This document shows positions 30,022-39,026 of a stretch of 64,000 nt of DNA, in pieces. A program made the position numbers and the translations under genes. The notes under the pieces are model-generated. The model saw nothing but the letters and a program-made list of their open reading frames with translations, was not told the DNA's origin and searched no databases. The number at the start of each line of letters is the position of its first letter. The first letter of the stretch is position 1. Source of the stretch: an uncultured Chloroflexia bacterium (GTDB taxonomy: Bacteria > Chloroflexota > Limnocylindria > Limnocylindrales > CSP1-4); the NCBI GenBank assembly GCA_963707215.1, contig CAVPPB010000003.1, positions 1,440,001 through 1,504,000 of the forward strand, read 5' to 3'.

Positions 30022-30168
30022 CGTCCCGGTCCTCGGTGTCGGCGGAGACGCGTCGTCCTGTCGGCCGGTGGCCGCTCGGAGCGCCCGCGCGTCACGACAT
30101 CATGCCGGGTCGTCGCGGGCCTCGCACGGCCCGCGGACGAGGCCCGGACGAGGTGACCGAGATGCTGG

Positions 30169-30690
30169 TCAGGCCGTCGGCTCACCCGGTGCCGAGACCT
30201 GCGAGTAGACGAGCTGGGCGAGGACGAAGGCGGCCTCGAAGAGGTGGAACACGAGGGCCGTCATGTAGAAGGCCGGATCAAGGGTCGGGTTCGCCCCGAT
30301 CACCGCGAGGAGCAGCGGCAGCTGGATCGGGATCTCGAGGAGCAGCCAGAAGACCGCGGCCGTCACGGGCCGGGTCCGGGCCTGGCGGACCATGAGCTCG
30401 CGGTTCTCCGGGGCTCGAAGCGACAGGACGATCACGACCCAGATCAGGACCAGGAAGACGAGGCTGGAGGCAGCCCACATCGTGCGTTCGTCGAACCCGT
30501 AGCGGACGAGGGCGACCGGCGTCAGGGCGGCGACGACCACGACGAGCCCCAGGGTGACGACCGCCCGGATCTGGCCGAGCTGCTGCGCCTCGACCTCGTC
30601 TCGGCGGGTGACCGCGATGAGCGCGCCGAAGCCGACGAATACTCCGGCGATCTCGGCGATCGCCACGAAGAGACCTGCATCCTCGGTCAT
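30169..30690 (-). CDS. Hypothetical membrane protein
   Basis: GGAGG RBS; AIAEIAGVFVGFGALI N-terminus; 5 TM. Confidence 0.75.
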   Translation of the reverse strand: MTEDAGLFVAIAEIAGVFVGFGALIAVTRRDEVEAQQLGQIRAVVTLGLVVVVAALTPVALVRYGFDERTMWAASSLVFLVLIWVVIVLSLRAPENRELMVRQARTRPVTAAVFWLLLEIPIQLPLLLAVIGANPTLDPAFYMTALVFHLFEAAFVLAQLVYSQVSAPGEPTA

Positions 30691-30902
30691 GGGTTGTCGT
30701 CCTCCCTGCGTCTCCTGTCCGGAGGTCGATGCTAGCCGGCCTGGAGGGCCGGGGCGACCGAGCCGCCGGCGACGACCGGGCCGGACGGGCGATCGGCCTC
30801 GCCGTCACGGGCGGTCCGGCGGACATCTTGTCGCGGGTCGGCCCGACCACCACGATCCCAGCGAGGGGCGGCCCTCCGTCGCCCGCCATGGGAGCGTCGT
30901 CG

Positions 30903-31031
30903 ATGATCTGGCCGCTCGACGAGTCGGTCTGGGCGGCCCACGCCTGTGCCGTCGCCGGCCGAGCGCTGGACGAGGCGGAGCTGGACCTGTACCTGGCCGG
31001 CCGGGCCGAGCCGGCCGGCTGTACGGACTGA
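30903..31031 (+). pseudogene. Remnant C-terminal tail of a WD40/STAND-type protein
   Basis: IWPLDESVWAAHACAVAGRALDEAELDLYLAGRAEPAGC* resembles the 'W....W...AC..AGR.L...EW..Y......C' terminus; no upstream body. Confidence 0.45.
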
Positions 31032-31050
31032 GGCGCCTGGCGCCGGCGCC

Positions 31051-31734
31051 CTAGTTGGAGCGCTGCGGGATCCGCGGGATGAGCCAGTCGAGGAAGCCGC
31101 CCGGGCTGCGGGTCTGGAAGTAGAACCGGCCGGGTCCGCTGATCCGCACGACCAGGCCCTCGCCGCCGACGAGGGTCGTCTTCCAGGAGTTGCCGGCCTT
31201 CTTGACCTCGTAGCCCATCGTCGCGTCGAAGGCGACCATGTGGCCAGTGTCGACCATGTGCGTCTCGCCCGCCGCCAGCTCGATCGGCGCGATCGCCCCG
31301 TAGCTGGACAGCAAGACCGTTCCCGGTCCGGTCAGCTTGAGCAGGAATAGACCCTCGCCGGAGAAGAACGACTTGCCGGCCCCGAACTTCGTGTCGACGA
31401 CGACCTCCGGGGACGAGGCCATGTACGAGCCGGACTGGACGAAGAGCTCCTGGCCGGGCCCCAGCTCCAGGCCCACGATGTCGCCCGGCAGCGCCGGGGC
31501 CAGGGTCAGCCGGCTGTCGTCGCGGGTGGCGACCATGTCGTTGACGAAGAGGGTCTCGCCGCCCAGGACGCTCCGCTTGAGGACCGAGCCGAGCCCGCCC
31601 CCGGTCTTGGTCTCGATCTGGATCGATTCGTCCATGGTCACCATCGCCCCGGCCTCGGCCCGGAACCGCTCGCCGTTGTCGAGGTGGACGACCGCCAGCG
31701 CGTACGACGGCTGGTACTGGATCTCGTAGCGCAT
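31051..31734 (-). CDS. TIGR00266/AIM24 family protein
   Basis: AEAGAMV, GGETLFVN, FFSGEGLF, VDTGHMVAF, GGEGLV..GPG..QTR. Confidence 0.9.
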   Translation of the reverse strand: MRYEIQYQPSYALAVVHLDNGERFRAEAGAMVTMDESIQIETKTGGGLGSVLKRSVLGGETLFVNDMVATRDDSRLTLAPALPGDIVGLELGPGQELFVQSGSYMASSPEVVVDTKFGAGKSFFSGEGLFLLKLTGPGTVLLSSYGAIAPIELAAGETHMVDTGHMVAFDATMGYEVKKAGNSWKTTLVGGEGLVVRISGPGRFYFQTRSPGGFLDWLIPRIPQRSN

Positions 31735-31776
31735 GGCGCTCCCTCGCTTCCTCTTCGGCGACCTTCCGCCGTTCCT

Positions 31777-33564
31777 CTACGTGGTGGGTTCGCTCGTCGA
31801 CGCGGGCGCGGATGGGCCGGCGCCGGACGAGGCGGCCTTTGCATCGGGGTGGGCTGCCAGGTAGGCGTCCACGGCCTCGGCGACCTCGGACGTCACCTTG
31901 TCCTGGCCGATCAGGTCGATGACGCCATCCCGCTCCAGCACCTTGCGGACGTGGTGCTTGATCCGGGCGAGGTAGACGTCGACCCCATGCCTGGCGCCGG
32001 AGCGGGCGATCGTCGCCAGCTCGTCGGCACCCTCGATGTCGATGTAGTCGACGCCCTCCATGTCGAGGACCAGTCCCTTCATCGACGGTCCCATCCTCAC
32101 CCCGACGTCGCGGACCAGGTCCCCGAGCCCGTCGGCGTTCACGTAGAAGACCCCGCCGTCGATGCGGAGGATCGCCAGGCCCGGGAAGGTCTCGGCATCC
32201 GGATGGTGCCGCAGCTCGTGGAACGTCGGGGTTCCCGGCTTGCGGCCGAGCTCGGGAACGTGCGGCCGCGAGGCGACCAGGACGAGGCCGACCAGCGACA
32301 GCACGACGCCGATGATGACGCCCTGGAGGATGCCGAAGGTCATGACCCCCAGGAGGGCCGCCATGGCCGCCAGGAAGTCGAAGCGGCTGACCCTTGCCAG
32401 CCGCCGCATCTCGCCGACGTCCATCATGCCCATCACGACGGCCTCGATGATGATCGCGCCGAGGACCGCCTCCGGGAGGTCCGAGAAGAAGGGGGCCAGG
32501 GCGATGAGCGTCAGGATGATGAGGCCGGCCTGGATCAGGTTCGAGAGCTGCGACTTGGCCCCGGCCGCGTCGTTGACCGGGCTCTTCGAGAGGCTGCCGT
32601 TGACGAAGATGCCCTGGAAGATGCCCGCCGAGATGTTGGAGGCGCCCTGGGCGAGCAGCTCCTGGTTGATCTCGACCCGGTAGCGGTGCTTGCTGGCGTA
32701 CTCGCGGACGGCGGCCGTGGTGACCGAGAAGCCGATCAGCAGCAGCCCGAGGGACGTGCCCAGGATGGTCGGCAGGTTCGTGACGTAGAAGTCCGGGTCC
32801 GGGAGGCCCGGGGGAGCGAACCCGCGGGGCACGTCGCCGATCAAGGTGACGCCCTGGTCGGCGAGCCCGAGAAGCAAGGTCGCCCCGACGCCGAGGACGA
32901 CCGCGACGAGCGCGCCCGGCAGCCGCGGCGAGATCAGCTTCATCCCGAAGGTCAGGATCAGCGCGGCCGCGCCCACGACGACGGTCGCCCCGCTGGCCTC
33001 CGGCAGGCTCGTCAGCCAGGCCCAGAGCTTCTCCCAGGCGTTGGCCCCGGATGACTCGGTGCCGGTGATCTTGAACAACTCCCCCGACGCGACGTTGATG
33101 GCGACCCCGAAGGTGAAGCCCGTCAGCACGCTGGCCGACAGGAAGTCGGAGATCCAGCCCATCCTCAGGAGGTACATGCCGACGAAGAGGACGCCGGTCG
33201 TCAGGACGGTGGCCGCCGCCATCGCGACCGCGTCATCCGAGCCCTGGGTGGCGACCGCCAGGACGCCCGCGCCGAGGACCGCGGCTGTCGAGGAGCTCGG
33301 TCCCTGGGTCACCTGCCGGGACGTGGTGAAGATCGCGAAGGCGATGAGCCCGAAGGCCGCGGCGTAAAGGCCGAACTGGACCGGGACGCCGCTGATCGTC
33401 GCGTAGCCGAGGGACGTGGGCACCATGAGGGCCCAGACCGACAGTCCGGCGATCAGATCACTCCGCAGCCAGGACCGATCGTACTTCGGCAGCCAGTCGA
33501 GGATGGGCAGATAGCGGGCCGGGCCTGACGGGCCCTCGTGCTTGGCCGGGGTCGGCGCGGTCAC
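31777..33564 (-). CDS. SulP/SLC26 anion transporter with STAS domain
   Basis: DLIAGLSV, GLYA, GPSS, NQELLAQG, GSLSKS; STAS LDMEGVDYID. Confidence 0.95.
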   Translation of the reverse strand: MTAPTPAKHEGPSGPARYLPILDWLPKYDRSWLRSDLIAGLSVWALMVPTSLGYATISGVPVQFGLYAAAFGLIAFAIFTTSRQVTQGPSSSTAAVLGAGVLAVATQGSDDAVAMAAATVLTTGVLFVGMYLLRMGWISDFLSASVLTGFTFGVAINVASGELFKITGTESSGANAWEKLWAWLTSLPEASGATVVVGAAALILTFGMKLISPRLPGALVAVVLGVGATLLLGLADQGVTLIGDVPRGFAPPGLPDPDFYVTNLPTILGTSLGLLLIGFSVTTAAVREYASKHRYRVEINQELLAQGASNISAGIFQGIFVNGSLSKSPVNDAAGAKSQLSNLIQAGLIILTLIALAPFFSDLPEAVLGAIIIEAVVMGMMDVGEMRRLARVSRFDFLAAMAALLGVMTFGILQGVIIGVVLSLVGLVLVASRPHVPELGRKPGTPTFHELRHHPDAETFPGLAILRIDGGVFYVNADGLGDLVRDVGVRMGPSMKGLVLDMEGVDYIDIEGADELATIARSGARHGVDVYLARIKHHVRKVLERDGVIDLIGQDKVTSEVAEAVDAYLAAHPDAKAASSGAGPSAPASTSEPTT

Positions 33565-33716
33565 GGTCGCTTCCTCCAGACGCCGGCAAGCGGGCGGTCG
33601 CCGATGCGCTGCCCGCCACCATACCCATCCCGGCGGCCCCGGACAGCGGGGCTCTCGCAGGTCGGGCCGGGCGGGAGGTCCCTCGTTCCGAGCGCGACGC
33701 TCGGTCCGCTACGCGA

Positions 33717-33742
33717 AGAAGCCGGCCTCACGGCCGGCTTCT
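33717..33742 (-). terminator. Intrinsic terminator of the DUF6325-SHOCT operon
   Basis: AGAAGCCGGCC-N4-GGCCGGCTTCT 11-bp stem, T-rich on minus strand. Confidence 0.65.
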
Positions 33743-33809
33743 GGTGTCTGCGATGCAGGCTGATCGGGCCCGCGGGTGGGTCGGCGCGGTCGGTCGCCCG
33801 GCCGAGAGG

Positions 33810-34115
33810 TCAGCCGCCCAGGAGCTTGGCCTTGGCAGCCGCGAACTCCTCGTCGGTGAGGACGCCGGCGGTGTGCAGGTCGCCGAGCTGCTTGAGCTGC
33901 TCCATGTCGATCCCGGCTGCCGGCGCGGCCGGGGCAGGAGCGGGCGCCGCGGCGGCGGCCTGCTGCTCGTAGGCGGCCTGCTGCTGGGCCTGCTGCTCGG
34001 CCGCCTGGTTGGCGTACTTCTGCTGCTGGTGGTGGCTGACGGCCCCGGCGGTGCCGGCGACCACCGCCGTCGTCGCTGCCGCCCGGACGAGAGGTCGTCC
34101 GCGTCGTCGCATCAT
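33810..34115 (-). CDS. SHOCT domain protein
   Basis: RAAATTAVVAGTA N-terminus, Q/A/P linker, QLKQLGDLHTAGVLTDEEFAAAKAKLL. Confidence 0.9.
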   Translation of the reverse strand: MMRRRGRPLVRAAATTAVVAGTAGAVSHHQQQKYANQAAEQQAQQQAAYEQQAAAAAPAPAPAAPAAGIDMEQLKQLGDLHTAGVLTDEEFAAAKAKLLGG

Positions 34116-34172
34116 GATGGTCTGGTCTCCTTGGCTTGCTCTGGGGGGTCTGGACGATCCGGTCCGGTCGGG

Positions 34173-34601
34173 TCAGCCGGCGGCCTCGAGCTCGGCGCTG
34201 ACCTCCTCGAGGACCTCGGGCGGGATGACGACCCGGTCGACGAGGAAGCCGCCCTTGGCCGCGATCGCCTCCTTGAGGTCGACGGCCCAGCGATGCTCGA
34301 AGAGCATGGCCAGCCCCGCGGTGTCCGGCGGCAGCGAGAGGGCGATCGCCTCGAGGTCCTCCGGCGTGAAGAGGCCCATCCGGCCGTCGAGGAGCGGGGC
34401 GAACGAGGCGAAGCGCGGGTCGTCCTTGGCGTCGAGCTCGAGGATGACCGCGCCGCCGTCGGCCGCTCGCCCGACGAAGACGACGTCGACGAGCCGGATG
34501 ATGCCCTGGTCGACGACCTCACCGAGCTCCCGGGCGATGCTCCCGTCGAACTGGGTGCCCTCGAAGCCGATGACGATGTATTCCAGCGGGCCGAGTGTCA
34601 T
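34173..34601 (-). CDS. DUF6325 family protein
   Basis: MTLGPLEYIVIGFEG.F.G.I, IRLVDVVFV, LFEHRWA; typical neighbour of SHOCT genes. Confidence 0.8.
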   Translation of the reverse strand: MTLGPLEYIVIGFEGTQFDGSIARELGEVVDQGIIRLVDVVFVGRAADGGAVILELDAKDDPRFASFAPLLDGRMGLFTPEDLEAIALSLPPDTAGLAMLFEHRWAVDLKEAIAAKGGFLVDRVVIPPEVLEEVSAELEAAG

Positions 34602-34791
34602 GGATGGCCTCCTGCCTGTGCAGCCCGTCCCTCGACCAGGGCCCTGCGGCTGCGAGCGTTCATGGTAGCGCCAATCCGGCGCGAATCGATCCGGTGGAGA
34701 TCGGATCCTGCGGCAGACCGGCCCTGGTCAGTACACCCTCCGGGAGCGCGGACGGCATCCCCCGAACTGGATGAGACGGACGGGCGGCGCG

Positions 34792-35457
34792 CTAGGCGTT
34801 CGAGTCGAGGTAGGCCAGCACCGCGAGGACCCGGCGGTGGTCGTTCTCCGAGTCGGGCAGGTCGAGCTTGCCGAAGATGTTGCCGATGTGCTTCTCGGTC
34901 GCACCCTCGGTGATCCCCAGCTTCTCGGCGATGCCGATGTTGGTCCGCCCCTCGGCCATCGCCCCCAGGACCTCGCGCTCCCTCGGCGTCAGCCCGTGGA
35001 GCGGGTCGTCGGACCGGCGCGACACCATGAGCTGGGCCACGACCTCCGGATCGAGCGCAGTCCCTCCGGCGGCGACCCGTCGGAGCGCGTCCATGAAGTC
35101 CCGGATGTCGGCGACCCGGTCCTTGAGCAGGTAGCCCACGCCACCGGCGCCGTCGGCCAGGAGCTCGCTGGCGTACTGCCGCTCGACGTACTGGCTCAGG
35201 ACGAGGACAGGCGTCCCGGCGACCCGGCGGCGCGCCTCGATGGCCGCCCGGAGTCCCTCGTCCCGCTGGGTCGGCGGCATCCGGACGTCGACGACCGAGA
35301 CGTCGGGCTGGTGCTGTTCCACGGCCGCGACCAGGGCCGGCCCATCGCCCACGGCGGCCACGACGGTCGAGCCCGAGTCCTCGACGAGCCGGACGAGACC
35401 CTCGCGCAGGAGCACGGAGTCCTCGGCGATGACCACCCGGAGCTGCTGCCCGTCCAC
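34792..35457 (-). CDS. NarL/LuxR-family response regulator
   Basis: VVIAEDSVLLREG, DVRMPP, GYLLKDRV, LTPREREVL..MAEG. Confidence 0.95.
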   Translation of the reverse strand: MDGQQLRVVIAEDSVLLREGLVRLVEDSGSTVVAAVGDGPALVAAVEQHQPDVSVVDVRMPPTQRDEGLRAAIEARRRVAGTPVLVLSQYVERQYASELLADGAGGVGYLLKDRVADIRDFMDALRRVAAGGTALDPEVVAQLMVSRRSDDPLHGLTPREREVLGAMAEGRTNIGIAEKLGITEGATEKHIGNIFGKLDLPDSENDHRRVLAVLAYLDSNA

Positions 35458-35498
35458 GCACCGATGATGCACCGCCCGGGCCGGCTCGGGTAGCCCGG

Positions 35499-35538
35499 GG
35501 TGGGGATAGCCCTACCCGCCGCTGGTGGTGGCCCCACC
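35499..35538. promoter_or_regulatory. Two tandem 18-bp NarL-type boxes
   Basis: GGTGGGG-ATAG-CCCTACC (35499-35516, near-palindrome) and a 13/18-identical copy at 35521-35538, 22 bp apart. Confidence 0.5.
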
Positions 35539-35688
35539 CGAAAGACGCCCGCTGGCCGGCTGGGATGGGAGCCCTCTCGGCGATAGCGTCGAGGTCGACA
35601 ACGAAACCCGTCCATGGATCGAGCCCAGGCGGCCCAGACCGGCCGCGACCGATCCGGCCGACGGAAGCCAGTCCGAAAGGGGACATCG

Positions 35689-36621
35689 ATGAAGCGCCTC
35701 TCGATCGCCTTGTCCGCGGTCGTCCTCCTCCTCCTGATGTTCGCGCCGGCCGCCCTCGCGGCCGACCGCTTCGAGTTCCGCGACGAGGTCCTCGTGGCCG
35801 TCGACGGGGACGTCGAGATCGCCTCGGGCGACCGCGTCGAAACGCTGGTCGTCGTCTCGGGTGACGCTACGGTCAGCGGCGAGGTCGAGACGATCGTCGT
35901 GGCCGGAGGCAGCGCCACGCTCGTCGGCGCCACCGCCCGGACCCTGGTCGTCTGGGACGGCGCCGCCGACCTGGGCGCCGGGACGACAATCCTCGGCGAC
36001 GTCCACACCTTCGATGGGACGGTGACCCAGCAGGAGGGAGCCGTCATCCAGGGATCGGTCAGCGGGTTCGAGGACGAGCTCGCGGCCTTCGCGATCCTCA
36101 TGATCCCGGCCTTCATCCTGCTCTTCTTCGGCATCGGGCTCGTGGCGATCGTCGCGGCGCTCGCCGTGGCCGCCTTCGCCGCCCGGCAGATCCGCGAGGT
36201 CGAGGAGCTCATCTCCCGGCAGCCCGGCCAGACGCTGGTGGCGGGCATCGCCGGCACCATCCTCCTGCCGCTCGCCGCGGTCCTCCTGATGGTGACGATC
36301 GTCGGCCTGCCCGTCGGCCTGATGCTCCTCCTGATCGTCCTTCCGACGGCGGCGTTCCTCGGCTGGCTGGTGGCCGCCATCTGGATCGGCGACTGGCTGG
36401 TCGCCCGGATGCGGGGCAGCCGCGAGCCGGAGCGACCGTACCTGGCCGCGGTCCTTGGCGTCCTCGTCCTGGCCGTCGCGGGCCTGCTCCCGTTCGTCAG
36501 CGCCATCGCGACCCTGTTCGGCTTCGGCGGGCTCCTGCTGGCGGCCTGGCGGACCCTCCGCCGTGACCGCTCCCCGGTCGGTGGGATCGACGCCGCCCAG
36601 CCCGTCCCCAGCGCGAGCTAG
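35689..36621 (+). CDS. Membrane protein with N-terminal beta-helix (bactofilin-like) and C-terminal multi-TM domain
   Basis: Signal peptide; V.GD/GS repeat pattern; TIVGLPVG, 5-6 TM. Confidence 0.7.
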   Translation: MKRLSIALSAVVLLLLMFAPAALAADRFEFRDEVLVAVDGDVEIASGDRVETLVVVSGDATVSGEVETIVVAGGSATLVGATARTLVVWDGAADLGAGTTILGDVHTFDGTVTQQEGAVIQGSVSGFEDELAAFAILMIPAFILLFFGIGLVAIVAALAVAAFAARQIREVEELISRQPGQTLVAGIAGTILLPLAAVLLMVTIVGLPVGLMLLLIVLPTAAFLGWLVAAIWIGDWLVARMRGSREPERPYLAAVLGVLVLAVAGLLPFVSAIATLFGFGGLLLAAWRTLRRDRSPVGGIDAAQPVPSAS

Positions 36622-36774
36622 GGACGTCGGACCGATGCCGAAGCGCATCGACCTCGAGCCCCGCCGCCCCGGCCGTGGCCGGTCCGGGACGATCCAGCTG
36701 CCGAAGACGGACCCTCGCGGGTCCGTCTTCCGGCCGTCCCCGCCTCGCCCGGCCGGGATGGTACGGTCGACGCG

Positions 36775-38136
36775 ATGAGCGGCAACGCGACCGATCCCGG
36801 CACCGCCGTGCCGGCCGAGGGTCGGCCGAACCTCGTCCGGGCGTTCCTGATGTCGCCGCTCGACCCGCGGAGCTGGCGGGCGACGCTGGCGATCGGCCTC
36901 GGCCTGTTCGTCGCCATCCTGGCCATCAGCGTCGTCGGGATGCTCTTCTCGGCGGGCGGCTCGCTGCTGGTCTGGCTCATCGGCGTCCCGATCCTCGGTC
37001 TCGGCATCGAGGCGAGCCGCGTCTTCGCCCGGGTCGAGCGACGTCGGATGCGGCTCGTCGACCCTCGCCCGCTGGTCCCCCACCCGTACCGCCCGCTCGA
37101 CTGGAGCCCCAGCCGCCCGTACGGCCCCTGGTTGCGCGCCTGGGTCGAGGCCCAGTTCCTGGACCCGAGTCGCTGGCTCGACGTCGTCTACGTCCTGGTC
37201 CTCCTCCCGCTGGCGGTCCTGGAGTTCCTCGTCTCGTTCGGCCTCTGGGTCGTGGCGATCACGCTCGTCGCATCGCCGCTCATCGTGGCCAGCCTGGAGC
37301 CGGCGGTGGGCGACGAGGTCGCCGCCTGGATCCCGGGACCGGCCGATCCCGGCGTGGCCGTGGCGGTGGTCGTCGGGCTGCTCCTCGTCCCGGTGGCCGC
37401 CTGGACCTCGCGGGGCCTGATGGTCCTCCACCGAGCGGTGGCGGAAGGGTTGCTGTGCACGAGCCCGACCGAGGCCCTCCGCCGGGACGTGGCCCGCCTC
37501 CGGGGCAGCCGCTCGGCGGCCCTGGAGCTCGAGGCGAGCGAGCTCCGGCGCATCGAGCGCGACCTGCACGACGGCGCCCAGCAGCGCCTGGTGGCCCTGG
37601 CGATCGACCTGGGCCTGGCCGAGGAGCGGGTCGAGTCCGATCCGGCATCGGCCCGGCAGCTCATCGCCAGCGCCCGGGAGCAGGCCCGCCAGGCCCTGTC
37701 CGAGCTGCGCGACATCGTCCGCGGGACGGCACCGACGATCCTCCTGGACCGCGGGCTGGAAGCGGCCGTGGCCGCGGTGGCAGCCGGCTGCCCGGTCCCG
37801 ACGACCCTCGACAGCACGCTGCCGCCGGGCGAGCGCCTGCCCGCGGCCGTCGAGCGGGCGGCCTACTTCGTGGTGGCGGAGGCGCTGACCAACGTGGCCA
37901 AGCACAGCTCGGCCACCCGCTGCGTCGTCCGGCTATCCCGCGGATCCGATCGACTCATCGTGGCCATCGAGGACGACGGGAAGGGCGGCGCGACGGCCGC
38001 GCCGGGGGGCGGACTGGCCGGCCTGCGCGACCGAGCCGAGGCGCTCGACGGCTCGCTCTCGCTCAGCAGCCCGGCAGGCGGCCCGACCGTCGTCCGGGTC
38101 GAGCTCCCGCTCGGCGGCGGCCAGGGTCTCGCCTAG
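36775..38136 (+). CDS. HisKA_3 sensor histidine kinase
   Basis: IERDLHDGAQQRL, EALTNVAKHS, DDGKGG, GLAGLRDR, SPAGGPT. Confidence 0.95.
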   Translation: MSGNATDPGTAVPAEGRPNLVRAFLMSPLDPRSWRATLAIGLGLFVAILAISVVGMLFSAGGSLLVWLIGVPILGLGIEASRVFARVERRRMRLVDPRPLVPHPYRPLDWSPSRPYGPWLRAWVEAQFLDPSRWLDVVYVLVLLPLAVLEFLVSFGLWVVAITLVASPLIVASLEPAVGDEVAAWIPGPADPGVAVAVVVGLLLVPVAAWTSRGLMVLHRAVAEGLLCTSPTEALRRDVARLRGSRSAALELEASELRRIERDLHDGAQQRLVALAIDLGLAEERVESDPASARQLIASAREQARQALSELRDIVRGTAPTILLDRGLEAAVAAVAAGCPVPTTLDSTLPPGERLPAAVERAAYFVVAEALTNVAKHSSATRCVVRLSRGSDRLIVAIEDDGKGGATAAPGGGLAGLRDRAEALDGSLSLSSPAGGPTVVRVELPLGGGQGLA

Positions 38137-38492
38137 CCGGCAGCCTCGGCGACCACGCCCCCTGGGCCCTCGACCAGGAGCGGTGCACCGCGCTCGGCCC
38201 GGAGGCGATTCGCGTACTCCAGGCTGCCCTTCTCCCCGGGGGCCACGTCGCCGCGGGCCGGGACGACCCGACCGTAGTAGTCGCGGTGGGCGGCCGGCCC
38301 CAGGACGCAGGTGCCGTCCTCCAGGGCGGCCACGATGGCCTGCCCCAGGGCGCCTTCCCAGCGCCATCCCTCGCCCGTGTCGATCAGGTTCTGGAGGAAC
38401 GCCACCGGGTACTCGTTGAGGCCGTCGCGCTCGGCCTGCCGCTCCAGCTCGGCCTCGATCGCGCGGTCCGCCTGGGTCTCCGGTTCGGTCAT
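38133..38492 (-). CDS. Small hypothetical protein (119 aa)
   Basis: GAAAGGA RBS; -10-like TACAAT at 38587-38592; LQNLIDTG..W.WEGALG, RDYYG..VP.R..V.PG.KGS. Confidence 0.7.
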   Translation of the reverse strand: MTEPETQADRAIEAELERQAERDGLNEYPVAFLQNLIDTGEGWRWEGALGQAIVAALEDGTCVLGPAAHRDYYGRVVPARGDVAPGEKGSLEYANRLRAERGAPLLVEGPGGVVAEAAG

Positions 38493-39026
38493 CGTGGTCG
38501 TCCTTTCGTCGCGGTTCATCGCGATCCATGCGCGGCGCATGGTCGCGGGCGGCGACCGTCGGTGGATCGCGGGACGCTCGCCATCGATTGTAGGGCGGCC
38601 GCAGACATCGCTGGAACCGCGCCGGCGCCGGGCCGCTGGATGAAACCTTCCTCGGCGTCCGCGCCTCAGAGATGGTGAGGTCGGCGCAACACGCGAGCCC
38701 GCAGGGGCGATCCGACCGACATGGCGGGCTGACCCCCCAGCCCGCCGGGCACCCGGCCGCCGGGGGTGGTGTCGTGCGCGCGCATCGCCCCCGGCCGAGC
38801 CGGCCGAGCCGGCGAGCGACGATCCACCTGACGGCGTGGATCACCCCGTCTGGCCGGGCCACGCGTGACCCCCGGCCCTAGGACGTGACCGACCGATGCG
38901 GACGATGGGTACACGTGCGTCCCAGACGACCTGACACCGGGGCCGGGACGCGAGCCGGCAGTCCGTCCGGGGGCCGGCGCGGCTGCAGCAGGCGTGATCG
39001 AGCCTCGATCGACCGGAGGGATCGAG

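Noticed and set aside
38600-39020. Riboswitch or ncRNA in the long intergenic region before the peroxidase-family gene
   Set aside because: Only generic GC hairpins; no recognisable aptamer consensus; the GCAAC near 38686 lacks CGTC at 16 bp. An Rfam/Infernal search would settle it
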